Below are positions 28,883 through 36,867 of a stretch of 64,000 nt of DNA, piece after piece (position 1 is the first letter of the stretch; each line of letters opens with the position of its first letter). The DNA is taken from positions 1,093-65,092 of the forward strand of contig DAHUZI010000040.1 in NCBI GenBank assembly GCA_027306595.1. Reading direction: 5' to 3'. Made by a program: the position numbers and the translations under genes. The notes beneath the pieces are model-generated. The model was not told where the DNA came from. It did no database searches and saw only the letters and a list, made by a program, of their open reading frames with translations. Origin of the DNA: Candidatus Dormiibacterota bacterium. GTDB lineage: Bacteria; Chloroflexota; Dormibacteria; Aeolococcales; Bog-877.

Positions 28883-29391
28883 GCGAGCCGCCCCAGCTCG
28901 GCCCGAGCCGGCTGTCGGCCGCAAACGCCGCCCTGGACCGGGCGGGCCGGTGGATCGAGACCGCCATCTATGTGGCCGGCGGACTGCTGCTGGCGGGAGC
29001 GGCGATCCTCCTCCTGGTCAGCGTTGTGTCGATCGCCGTCGGCCACCGCGGCAGCGTCGAGACCCGCGCGCTGACCGTCGTCGACCACGTCCTGCTCATC
29101 TTCGTCCTGGTCGAGCTCCTCCACACGGTGCGGCTCGCCATCCGCACCCATGAGCTCGATGCCGAGCCGTTCTTGGTCGTGGCGCTGATCGCGAGCATCC
29201 GCCGGATCCTGGTCTTCACCGCCGGGAGCAGCGCGATCACCGAACGCTCCAGCCTGATCGAGCTCGGGCTCCTGATCGTGCTGGTGGTGGCGATCTCCGC
29301 GGCGCTGCTCTTGCTGCGGCGGGCGCGCCCCCGTTCGCTTCGGCTGCCGCTCGGGGACGGGCACGCCGGAGTCGGCGGGGGCGAGGGCTAG
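28879..29391 (+). CDS. PsiE-like (phosphate-starvation-inducible E family) membrane protein
   Basis: 4 TM helices. VDHVLLIFVLVELLHTV...FLVVALIASIRRIL resembles the PsiE family core. The GTG overlaps the hflX stop. Confidence 0.6.
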   Translation: MSEPPQLGPSRLSAANAALDRAGRWIETAIYVAGGLLLAGAAILLLVSVVSIAVGHRGSVETRALTVVDHVLLIFVLVELLHTVRLAIRTHELDAEPFLVVALIASIRRILVFTAGSSAITERSSLIELGLLIVLVVAISAALLLLRRARPRSLRLPLGDGHAGVGGGEG

Positions 29392-29403
29392 CGGCGGGCT
29401 CGG

Positions 29404-30036
29404 TCAGGCGAGCAGCCGGACCACCGCGACCACGCTGCCCTCCACCTCGAGGTGGTCGGTGTAGATCGGCTCGAGGCGATCGTTGGCCGGCTGGAGCCGA
29501 ATCCGTCCCGGCTCCCGGTACAGGCGCTTGACCGTGACCTCGCTCTCCCCGGTCGTGGGGTTCTCCAGCCGGGCGACCACGATCGCCCCGTCGCTGGCGT
29601 CCTGGCGGGGGCGCACGACGACCAGGTCGCCGTCGAGGATGCCGTCGTTGATCATGCTGTCCCCGGCGACACGCAGGGCGAAGGCGTCCTCGCTGCCCGC
29701 GACCGCGCTGCCCACCTCGAGGTGGTCCTCGATGTTCTCCGCAGCCAGGACCGGCGTGCCCGCCGCGACCCGGCCGACTACGGGGATCCGCCACCCCCGT
29801 CCCGTCGCTGGGGATTCGACCGCCTCGAGGAGCTCGACCGTTCGGGACTTGGCCGGATCGCGGCGGATGTACCCACCGCGCTCGAGGGTGTTCAGGTGAT
29901 TCTGAACCGTGCTGCTGGAGCTGAGGCCGACGGCCTTGCCGATCTCACGGACGGTGGGCGGATAGGCGCGAGCCCGCGCGCGACCCCGCAGGTAGTCGAG
30001 GATCTCACGCTGGCGGGGATGGAGGGGCGTCGTCAT
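29404..30036 (-). CDS. lexA: LexA repressor
   Basis: wHTH (LHPRQREILDYL...TVREIGKAVGLSSSSTVQNHLNTLERGGYI), Ala-Gly cleavage region (RVAAGTP), S24 peptidase GDSMINDGI and KRL Lys. Start at the internal M (MTTPLH). Confidence 0.95.
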   Translation of the reverse strand: MTTPLHPRQREILDYLRGRARARAYPPTVREIGKAVGLSSSSTVQNHLNTLERGGYIRRDPAKSRTVELLEAVESPATGRGWRIPVVGRVAAGTPVLAAENIEDHLEVGSAVAGSEDAFALRVAGDSMINDGILDGDLVVVRPRQDASDGAIVVARLENPTTGESEVTVKRLYREPGRIRLQPANDRLEPIYTDHLEVEGSVVAVVRLLA

Positions 30037-30100
30037 CACGGATCTCCCGGTGGGACCGCGGACCGGGGACGCCGGCCCGCTCCACTGGCACGTGGGCCCG

Positions 30101-30140
30101 ATGGTAGCACCGGCGTGCGTCGTTTGCAAACGCCTGTTCG
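30101..30140 (-). promoter_or_regulatory. lexA promoter with autoregulatory SOS box overlapping the -35
   Basis: Read on the - strand: TCGAACaggcGTTTGCAA, 17 nt, TACCAT. Box CGAACAGGCGTTTG = 30127-30140, -35 TTGCAA = 30124-30129, -10 = 30101-30106. Confidence 0.75.
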
Positions 30141-30143
30141 AAT

Positions 30144-30172
30144 GGGAGGGGCGGCCGATGCCGCCCCCTCCC
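30144..30172 (-). terminator. GC-rich hairpin after the upstream secreted-protein gene
   Basis: GGGAGGGGCGGC-cgat-GCCGCCCCCTCCC, immediately 3' of the stop at 30178-30180. There is no obvious U-tract. Confidence 0.5.
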
Positions 30173-30177
30173 GCCGA

Positions 30178-31185
30178 TCAGTGGCAGTAGCCGGTGCGAA
30201 TGAGGAAGCGGTGGAGATTCGTCACGAAGGCGGCGCCGGTGCCGTCGAAGCCGGGACCGAGCTTGGGGCTGAAGTTGCCAGCCCGGAGCATGCGGTCCAC
30301 GGTCGCGTAGGCCTGGGCCTGGCGGCCCAGCATGCACTCGTCCGCGACCCAGGCAGGCACCACGCCGAGCACCTCGGTGTGGTGGGCGAGGTCCTCGCGG
30401 ACCGCCTGCATCTGGGCGGCGGCGTCGGCGGCGATCGCCGCCGGGTAGCGCCGGGTGACATTGACGAATCGCCCCGTGTCGATGCTCATGAGGAGGATGG
30501 GGGCCGAGGAGCAGGCGAAGCAGGCGAACTGATAGGGGAATCGTCCGTCATTGCTCAGGAGCACCAGCTGCCCCTGCTCCAGCCGCGGCGCGACCCCGCC
30601 GTTGGGGTTGTACGGAGGCAGTGCGGCGACGGGAGACCCGGACTCGGTGAGCGTCGCCCGGGCCGTCAGTCGGTAGCGGTCGCTGGTCTTGGCGTAGGTG
30701 TACAGGACGGGCAGGAAGCAGCAGTGGGCCCCGCCGGAGTAGCTCTGGAGGAGGACGCTGGGACGCAGCCCGGCGGCGACGCGCAGAAGGCACAGCTGGT
30801 CGCCGCCGGGATTGGCGATGAGCCCGGAGCCATCGGCGAAGGCGACCGTCGGCACCGTCCAGCGCTTCGATCCGAACGAGATGGCGAGGGAGCCGTCCGT
30901 CGCGCGGGGCAGCCCTTGGGTCGAAACCCGCGTCGCGTGGAAGGCAACCCGAGTGGCCCCGATTGTGGCCGTGAGGCTGAAGGTGGGCCCCGACTTGGCG
31001 CGGGTGAGGGTGTCCCGGCAGCTGAACCCCGCCCCCGAGGCGGGGAGGTGCGACCGGACCGCGCCGGCTGCCGTGAGGTCGCCTGCTGACGCGGCGGCGA
31101 CGACGAGGGCGAACAGCGCCACGGACCATCGCCCCAGCCACCTCGGCCTGCCCGAAAAGCGCCGCGCCATCTGTGACATCTCCAT
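30178..31185 (-). CDS. secreted hypothetical protein, 8 cysteines (no family recognised)
   Basis: N-terminal signal (MARRFSGRPRWLGRWSVALFALVVAAASAG), SD GGAGGG upstream, motifs YSGGAHCCF and FACFACSS, C-terminal GYCH. Confidence 0.65.
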   Translation of the reverse strand: MEMSQMARRFSGRPRWLGRWSVALFALVVAAASAGDLTAAGAVRSHLPASGAGFSCRDTLTRAKSGPTFSLTATIGATRVAFHATRVSTQGLPRATDGSLAISFGSKRWTVPTVAFADGSGLIANPGGDQLCLLRVAAGLRPSVLLQSYSGGAHCCFLPVLYTYAKTSDRYRLTARATLTESGSPVAALPPYNPNGGVAPRLEQGQLVLLSNDGRFPYQFACFACSSAPILLMSIDTGRFVNVTRRYPAAIAADAAAQMQAVREDLAHHTEVLGVVPAWVADECMLGRQAQAYATVDRMLRAGNFSPKLGPGFDGTGAAFVTNLHRFLIRTGYCH

Positions 31186-31453
31186 CGACCCTCCGAATGG
31201 CTGTTCAACCCAGGGGCCGCGGCGCGTGGCCGCCGTCCTGCATGGCGTGGGCGGTCAGCCGGAAGCCGCCCATTCGAGCATCACAACGCCACGGCATCAC
31301 TTTGGTTCCGGTCGCCGGCCCCGCGGCCGGTGGCGGCCTCCGCGGCCACCGGTCCAGGCTCCGCTCGGACGGTCGGCCCGATTCTGATCGCCCCGCTCGA
31401 GGCCGGCGAGCTGCCGTGGTGGGAGGCGCGGGATCGAGCGCGGGCGGAGACGG

Positions 31454-31846
31454 TCATTGACCGATCTCGGCTGCCGCTTCCCGGTGGACGTGGTGCAGGA
31501 GCCGGTGCATCTCCTCGGTCAGGCGGAGCCGCTCCGCCTCGAGGCGATGACGCCGGCGCTGCTGCCGGATGAGGTGGAGCGTGCCGCCGGCTGCGATGCA
31601 GGCGCCGACGTCGCTGGTGACGTTGGTGTAGTTCCCGCCGATCAGCTCGGCCTTGGCGCTCACCGCCACCCCGACCAGGGGGAGGAGCACGAGGAACACG
31701 CCCAGTCCCATCAGCAGGACCACGTGGGCCTTGCTGGCGAGGACTCGCGGGATGTACTGGAGGACCCGATCCAGGCCGGACGTGGGCTCGGCCAGGTCGG
31801 CAAGCGAGCCGGTGGGATCCTGAGGGCTGTCGGGTGTGTCGGTCAT
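31454..31846 (-). CDS. small membrane protein with C-terminal charged helix (hypothetical)
   Basis: GGAGG 8 nt upstream of ATG 31846. Central hydrophobic hairpin (HVVLLMGLGVFLVLLPLVGVAV ... VGACIAAGGTL), C-terminal RQQRRRHRLEAERLRLTEEMHRLL. Confidence 0.6.
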   Translation of the reverse strand: MTDTPDSPQDPTGSLADLAEPTSGLDRVLQYIPRVLASKAHVVLLMGLGVFLVLLPLVGVAVSAKAELIGGNYTNVTSDVGACIAAGGTLHLIRQQRRRHRLEAERLRLTEEMHRLLHHVHREAAAEIGQ

Positions 31847-31958
31847 CACGTCGCCTCCGGTGCTGCGGGCCGGGGTGGTGGACGCCGCACGCCTGTGGGC
31901 GGATCGGGCGATCGCCCCACCCCGGCGCGGTGCGGCTCGACGCCGATATCATCGATCA

Positions 31959-33953
31959 ATGGAGGCGGAGTCGCTTTGGATTCGGCTGTCGGACGGGACC
32001 CGGCTCTCCGCCTCGCTGTTTCGGCCGCCGTCACCGCCTCCGTGGCCGGTCGTGCTCGAGGCCCGGCCATACCGCAAGGACGACTGCACCGCGGGCGACC
32101 GTCTGTGGTACGAGCGTTTCGCTCAGGAGGGCGACCTCGCGGCCGTGCGGGTCGACCTTCGCGGGACCGGGTCCTCCGAGGGCATCGCGAGCGACGAATA
32201 CCCGGCGCAGGAGCAGGCCGACCTCGTCGAGGTCATCGCCTGGCTCGCGGGCCAGTCCTGGTCCACCGGGCGGGTGGGCATGTTCGGCAAGTCCTACTCG
32301 GGGTTCAATGCGCTCCAGGTCGCGATGGAACGGCCACCTCAGCTGGCGGCGATCGTGGCCATCTACGCCACCGACGATCGCTATACCGACGACGTCCACT
32401 ACGGGGGCGGGGCTCGCCGCGGGCTCGACCTCCTCGACTACCCCACGTACATGGTGGCGATGAACGCCCTGCCTCCCGTTCCCGCGCTTTCCGGACCCGA
32501 CTGGCGGGAGCGGTGGGCCGAGCGGGTGCTCCGCACCGAGCCGTGGCTGCTCAGGTGGTTCGCCGAGCCCACCGACGGCCCCTACTGGCGTCACGGCTCG
32601 CTGCGGACCGATTACGCCCGGATCCGATGCGCAACGATGATCGTCGGCGGGTGGGCCGATGCCTACCGCAATGCGACCCTTCGCGTGTTCGAACGCCTTG
32701 AGGGACCACGGCGGCTCCTGATCGGGCCGTGGTCCCACATGCGTCCCGAGGCCTCCGTGCCGGGCCCGCGAGTCGACGTGGTGCCCGATCTGATCCGGTG
32801 GTGGGACCGCTGGCTGCGCGGTCGCGACACCGGGGTCGACCGGGAGCCCCCGATCACCGTCTATGTGCGCCGGCCGTCGCCGCCCGAGCGCGAGCCGGAC
32901 GTGTGGCCGGGATCGTGGCGATTCGAGCGGGCATGGCCCCCGGACCGAGCCGAGCGCCGCACCATGCGCGGAGCGGACGCCGTGGTTCGACAGGCCGCGA
33001 CCATGCTCATGGGCCCGATGGCGCCCGACGGGGCCGATGAGCTGACCGTTCGCGGCGACGCTGGCACCCAGGCGCCGTCGCCCGGTGCCGACGCCCCTCC
33101 CTGGGGCGTCGCGGAGGACCAGACGGCGGAGGAGGCGGCCGCCCTGGTCTATGAGTGGACGCTGGGGGACGCAGCCGTCGACCTGCTCGGCTATCCCGTC
33201 CTCGAGCTCGAGGTCCGCTCCTCGGTGCCGGTCGGCCAGCTGGCCGCTCGTCTCTGCTGCGTTCTCCCCAAAGGGGGATCCGTCCTGGTGACGAGGGGGG
33301 TGCTGAACCTCACCCACCGGGCGTCCCATCGAGACCCCGAGCCGATGCCGTCGGATCGGTGCGTGCCGGTGCGGATCGAGCTCGACGCCACCGCCTTCTG
33401 TTTCGAGCCGGGCCACCGCCTCCGCCTCCTCCTCCTGGGCGCAGACTGGCCGAGCGTGTGGCCGCCCCCGCAGCCGTCAGTCCTCGGAATCGTGCGCGAG
33501 TCCCTGCGACTCCATCTTCCGGTCGTCACGGCTCCGCCACCCGACGCTCCCCGTCCGGGGTTCCCGGACCCGTCGCCGGCGACCACCGCGGCGGTCCGAG
33601 CCAGCCAGGCGCTGCCCGCCACCTGGCGGTGCGAGCGCGACGTCGTGGAGGGCGAGACCCGGTTCACGGTGGAGCGTGGGGACGCGGCGCAGCTCGCGAG
33701 TGGGATCCGGGTCGTCGAGCGGACCCAGGGGACGATCGCCGTCTCGGCGATGGAGCCGGCCCGGGCCTGGGCCGAGGCAGAGGCGCAATTCGAGCTGGCC
33801 TTTCCTGAGGCGACGGTCGCGACCAGCTCGCATGTGCGCCTGGAGACGGACGTCGAGCGGGAGGCGCTGACGATCGAGCTGGTGGTGAGGGAGGACGATG
33901 TGGAGCGCTGGCGGCGGCGCTGGCAGCGCGTCATTCCCCGGCGCCTGCGGTGA
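31959..33953 (+). CDS. CocE/NonD-family hydrolase (S15 X-Pro dipeptidyl-peptidase-like)
   Basis: IRLSDGTRLSASLFRP...PVVLEARPYRKDD, RVDLRGTGSSEG, nucleophile elbow MFGKSYSGF, large C-terminal beta domain. Confidence 0.85.
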   Translation: MEAESLWIRLSDGTRLSASLFRPPSPPPWPVVLEARPYRKDDCTAGDRLWYERFAQEGDLAAVRVDLRGTGSSEGIASDEYPAQEQADLVEVIAWLAGQSWSTGRVGMFGKSYSGFNALQVAMERPPQLAAIVAIYATDDRYTDDVHYGGGARRGLDLLDYPTYMVAMNALPPVPALSGPDWRERWAERVLRTEPWLLRWFAEPTDGPYWRHGSLRTDYARIRCATMIVGGWADAYRNATLRVFERLEGPRRLLIGPWSHMRPEASVPGPRVDVVPDLIRWWDRWLRGRDTGVDREPPITVYVRRPSPPEREPDVWPGSWRFERAWPPDRAERRTMRGADAVVRQAATMLMGPMAPDGADELTVRGDAGTQAPSPGADAPPWGVAEDQTAEEAAALVYEWTLGDAAVDLLGYPVLELEVRSSVPVGQLAARLCCVLPKGGSVLVTRGVLNLTHRASHRDPEPMPSDRCVPVRIELDATAFCFEPGHRLRLLLLGADWPSVWPPPQPSVLGIVRESLRLHLPVVTAPPPDAPRPGFPDPSPATTAAVRASQALPATWRCERDVVEGETRFTVERGDAAQLASGIRVVERTQGTIAVSAMEPARAWAEAEAQFELAFPEATVATSSHVRLETDVEREALTIELVVREDDVERWRRRWQRVIPRRLR

Positions 33954-34496
33954 TGGGTTCGGGCGGCCGGAGCGGCCGCCGGTCGGTGGCGGGGCGGCCC
34001 CGCCCTGCGGACTGACGGTGGTCGAGCCCGCCGAGGCGCGCCTCGCCTGAGGCGGCCGGCTGGTCAGGGCCGAGCTCGGGTGCCGCTCACGCCCGGCTGG
34101 CGCCCCTTCGCGGCTCGTGGTCGCCCGGCGCACGGTCCCCCTGAACGGGATCGGGGCCGGCGGGCGCGACCGCCGGCCCGGCGGTGATGGGGGAGGGGGG
34201 TGCCGGGACCCCCTGTTCGGAACGGTGCCAGGTGCTGGACTGGAGGCGAGGGGCCGGCGGTGCGGCGGTACAGCGGACAGCGCGGGCGACCTCTGGGCCG
34301 TGGCCGTCGTGCAGGGAGGCGTCGGTGGAGCGCGCCGGCTTCGCGGCGAGGAGCCGGGTCGCCCGGCGTTCCGCGGGCCGGGCGGGGGCCCGCGCTCGCC
34401 GCGCTCGCGCCCACCTATGAGGGGCGACCCCCGTGCCCGGCGCCGAGCCTTCGGACGCGCACCTGCTGGCGGGAGGTCAGGCTGGGGGTTCGCGCC

Positions 34497-35690
34497 TCAC
34501 CCCTCGGGCATCCGCGCCTGGACGTAGCGGCGCACGTCGGCGCTGAGGTCCTCCATCGGCGCCATGAATCCGTGGCGGAAGGCCCGCGAGGTCATCCCCT
34601 CCTGCACCGACTCGCAGATCGTCCAGTCCTGGCGGTTCACGAGGTCCCAGAACTCGACCGCGTCGGCGGGGTCGAAATCGGGTCGGGCGATCTCATCGGG
34701 GTGGAAGAGGAAGTCGCACACGATTCGGGTGCGTCCAGCCCCCTCGGGGAAGAGCATGAAGGCGGCCACGTGGTCGGAGCTGCAGCTGACCATCAGATTG
34801 GGGAGGAGGAGCTCTCCCCGGTGGCGACCCACTTCGTCCGCGCCCAGGCCTGGGAAGGGGCTCCGGGTGGTCGTCCCCGCGCGGGTGAACGTTGTCGTTC
34901 CCGGGCGCTGCGGAATCCCGCGGTCCCAATCCAGCGCCGCGCCTCCCCCTGCCCGGAAGGCGGGCACGAGCCGGCAGAGCTCGGGGTGGACCGGCCCGCA
35001 GTGGTAGCACTCGTTGTAGTTCTCGACCACGACCTTCCAGTTGGCCGCGACGTCATAGATGATCCGGTCGGCCACCCGAAGCGACTTGAGTCCATAGGGG
35101 GCGAGGCGCTGGCTGGCGCTCTGGAAGGCGGGTGGGAGGGGAGGGGCCCCGCCGGGTTCCAGACTCGGGTGGACGAGAATCCAGCCCTCCCAGCCCGTGA
35201 CCCCGGCGGGGTGGAGGCCGAGCCGATCGCAGTGGGCTGCCAGCTCGGGCAGGAACGGCGCCGCCCGAAGCCGCCCGTCGAGCCCATAGGTCCACGCGTG
35301 GTACGGGCAGCGGAAGCCGCCCTTGAGGTGTCCGGACGCCGGGGCCGGAGCGGTGTGCCCGGCGGCAGGTCGATCGTGGGGGAGGATGCGGGATCCGCGG
35401 TGGCGGCAGAGGTTGTAGTGGGCGTGCAGCGCGCCGGCGCGGTCGCGGACGACGATGAGGCTCTCCCCGGCGAGGGCCACGACCAGGTAGTCGCCGGCCC
35501 GCGGCAGCTGCTCCTCACGCGCCACCGCGGTCCACTCGCGCAGCAGGATGGCGTCTTGCTCTCGGGCGTGGTGGTCCGGGTCGACGTAGGCGGCGCGGGG
35601 GAGGCTCTCCTCCATCCCGACCTCGGATCCCCGCGGGACCATGGGTCTGGGGGGCTCGGCGGCGGGTGGGCGGGAATCGAGCACGGCCAT
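34497..35690 (-). CDS. Rieske [2Fe-2S] non-haem-iron oxygenase, alpha-subunit type (choline/glycine-betaine monooxygenase-like)
   Basis: Rieske CRHRGSRIL-x17-FRCPYHAWTY. Mononuclear-iron region NWKVVVENYNECYHCGPVHPEL. Confidence 0.85.
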   Translation of the reverse strand: MAVLDSRPPAAEPPRPMVPRGSEVGMEESLPRAAYVDPDHHAREQDAILLREWTAVAREEQLPRAGDYLVVALAGESLIVVRDRAGALHAHYNLCRHRGSRILPHDRPAAGHTAPAPASGHLKGGFRCPYHAWTYGLDGRLRAAPFLPELAAHCDRLGLHPAGVTGWEGWILVHPSLEPGGAPPLPPAFQSASQRLAPYGLKSLRVADRIIYDVAANWKVVVENYNECYHCGPVHPELCRLVPAFRAGGGAALDWDRGIPQRPGTTTFTRAGTTTRSPFPGLGADEVGRHRGELLLPNLMVSCSSDHVAAFMLFPEGAGRTRIVCDFLFHPDEIARPDFDPADAVEFWDLVNRQDWTICESVQEGMTSRAFRHGFMAPMEDLSADVRRYVQARMPEG

Positions 35691-36862
35691 CAGTCGTCCG
35701 CATACTCGTGCGGGGCCCGGATCGGCCGGTTCCGGCTGAACCGGTCAGGCTGGAAGGCTGAGATGTCGACGCTGGTCGCGTGGCCGTCGACGATCAGCTC
35801 GGCGATGACGACGCCGATGGCCGGTGCCAGCTTGAACCCCATGCCGGAGAACCCGCAGGCGACCACCAGTCCGTCGATGCCCGGGATCCCGCCGAGGAGC
35901 GGCCGCGAATCGGGTGTCATGTCATAGACGCCGGTGTAGCCTCGGGCGATCCCACCCTCGCCAAGGCCAGGGCACCGCCGGGACGCTCGCGACACCAGCG
36001 AACCGAGGGCGTCCATCGCCGGATGCTGGGGAAAGGCGTCCGGATCCACGTCCCGGGTCCCGGAGAAGTCGCCGACCAGCCAGGAATGCTCACCATCGGG
36101 GCGGAAATAGGTTCGGCTGGCGGAGTCGATGCAGGCCAGGCGAGCCGTCGCTGGCTCCGGTGGCTCGTGCACGACCGCAACCGTGTGGAGCTCCGTCGCG
36201 ATCGGCAGCCGGCAGCCGATCGGATCCAGAAGACGCGAGGTCCAGGGTCCGGTGGCGCAGACGACGAGCGCGCTTGCGATCAACCCCTGGGTGGTCTCGA
36301 CCCCCTGGACCGTGGCGAGCCGTTGCCGCAGGGCAGTGGCCCGGACTCGTGGGAGGTAGTCGGCACCGAGGTCACGGGCGCGGGCCAGCATGTCCCCCGC
36401 GGCGCGGGCGCCGTCGCCGTAGGCCCCATCAGGCTCGACCGCGGCGAGTCCAACATCGTCCAGCCGCCAGCCCGGGAGCCGTCGGGCGAGCGCCTCACCC
36501 TCGAGCAGCTCGACCCGGGCGCCGCACGCCTGCTGCATCGCCACGTTGGCGCGCAGGCGGTCTACCTCGCCCGGGGCGACGAATCGGACGAAGCCGGTCT
36601 GGCGGAGGAGGGGCGGGGCGCCGGTCCATTCGGTCCACTCCCGGTAGCGGCGCAGGCCGAGGACGGCCAGCTCCACCTCGGACCGAAAGGAGTAGTGCAT
36701 CCGCACGAGCGCCGAGGAGCGTCCACTCATCCCCTCGCCCACGTGGCGCTCGTCGAGGATCACGATGCGTCCCGCTCGCCGTCGTGCGAGCTCGAGGGCG
36801 ATGGCCGAGCCCATGACCCCGGCTCCGATGACGACGACGTCGGCCGCGCGCGGGGGCGACAC
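35690..36862 (-). CDS. FAD-dependent oxidoreductase (sarcosine-oxidase-beta/DAO family)
   Basis: ADVVVIGAGVMGSAIALELARR ... GMSGRSSALVRMHY. GTG 36862 lies 5 nt after the upstream stop. Its stop overlaps the Rieske ATG by 1 nt. Confidence 0.8.
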   Translation of the reverse strand: MSPPRAADVVVIGAGVMGSAIALELARRRAGRIVILDERHVGEGMSGRSSALVRMHYSFRSEVELAVLGLRRYREWTEWTGAPPLLRQTGFVRFVAPGEVDRLRANVAMQQACGARVELLEGEALARRLPGWRLDDVGLAAVEPDGAYGDGARAAGDMLARARDLGADYLPRVRATALRQRLATVQGVETTQGLIASALVVCATGPWTSRLLDPIGCRLPIATELHTVAVVHEPPEPATARLACIDSASRTYFRPDGEHSWLVGDFSGTRDVDPDAFPQHPAMDALGSLVSRASRRCPGLGEGGIARGYTGVYDMTPDSRPLLGGIPGIDGLVVACGFSGMGFKLAPAIGVVIAELIVDGHATSVDISAFQPDRFSRNRPIRAPHEYADD

Positions 36863-36867
36863 TGCGG

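Noticed and set aside
34087-34476. A ~130-codon open frame on the - strand in the 540-nt convergent gap between the CocE/NonD and Rieske genes, considered as a possible gene or pseudogene.
   Set aside because: In my by-eye translation I found no in-frame start codon. The composition is Ala/Pro/Arg-rich. High GC3 is not discriminating at this G+C. The listed overlapping ORFs (34064-34414 -, 34117-34527 +) look equally spurious.
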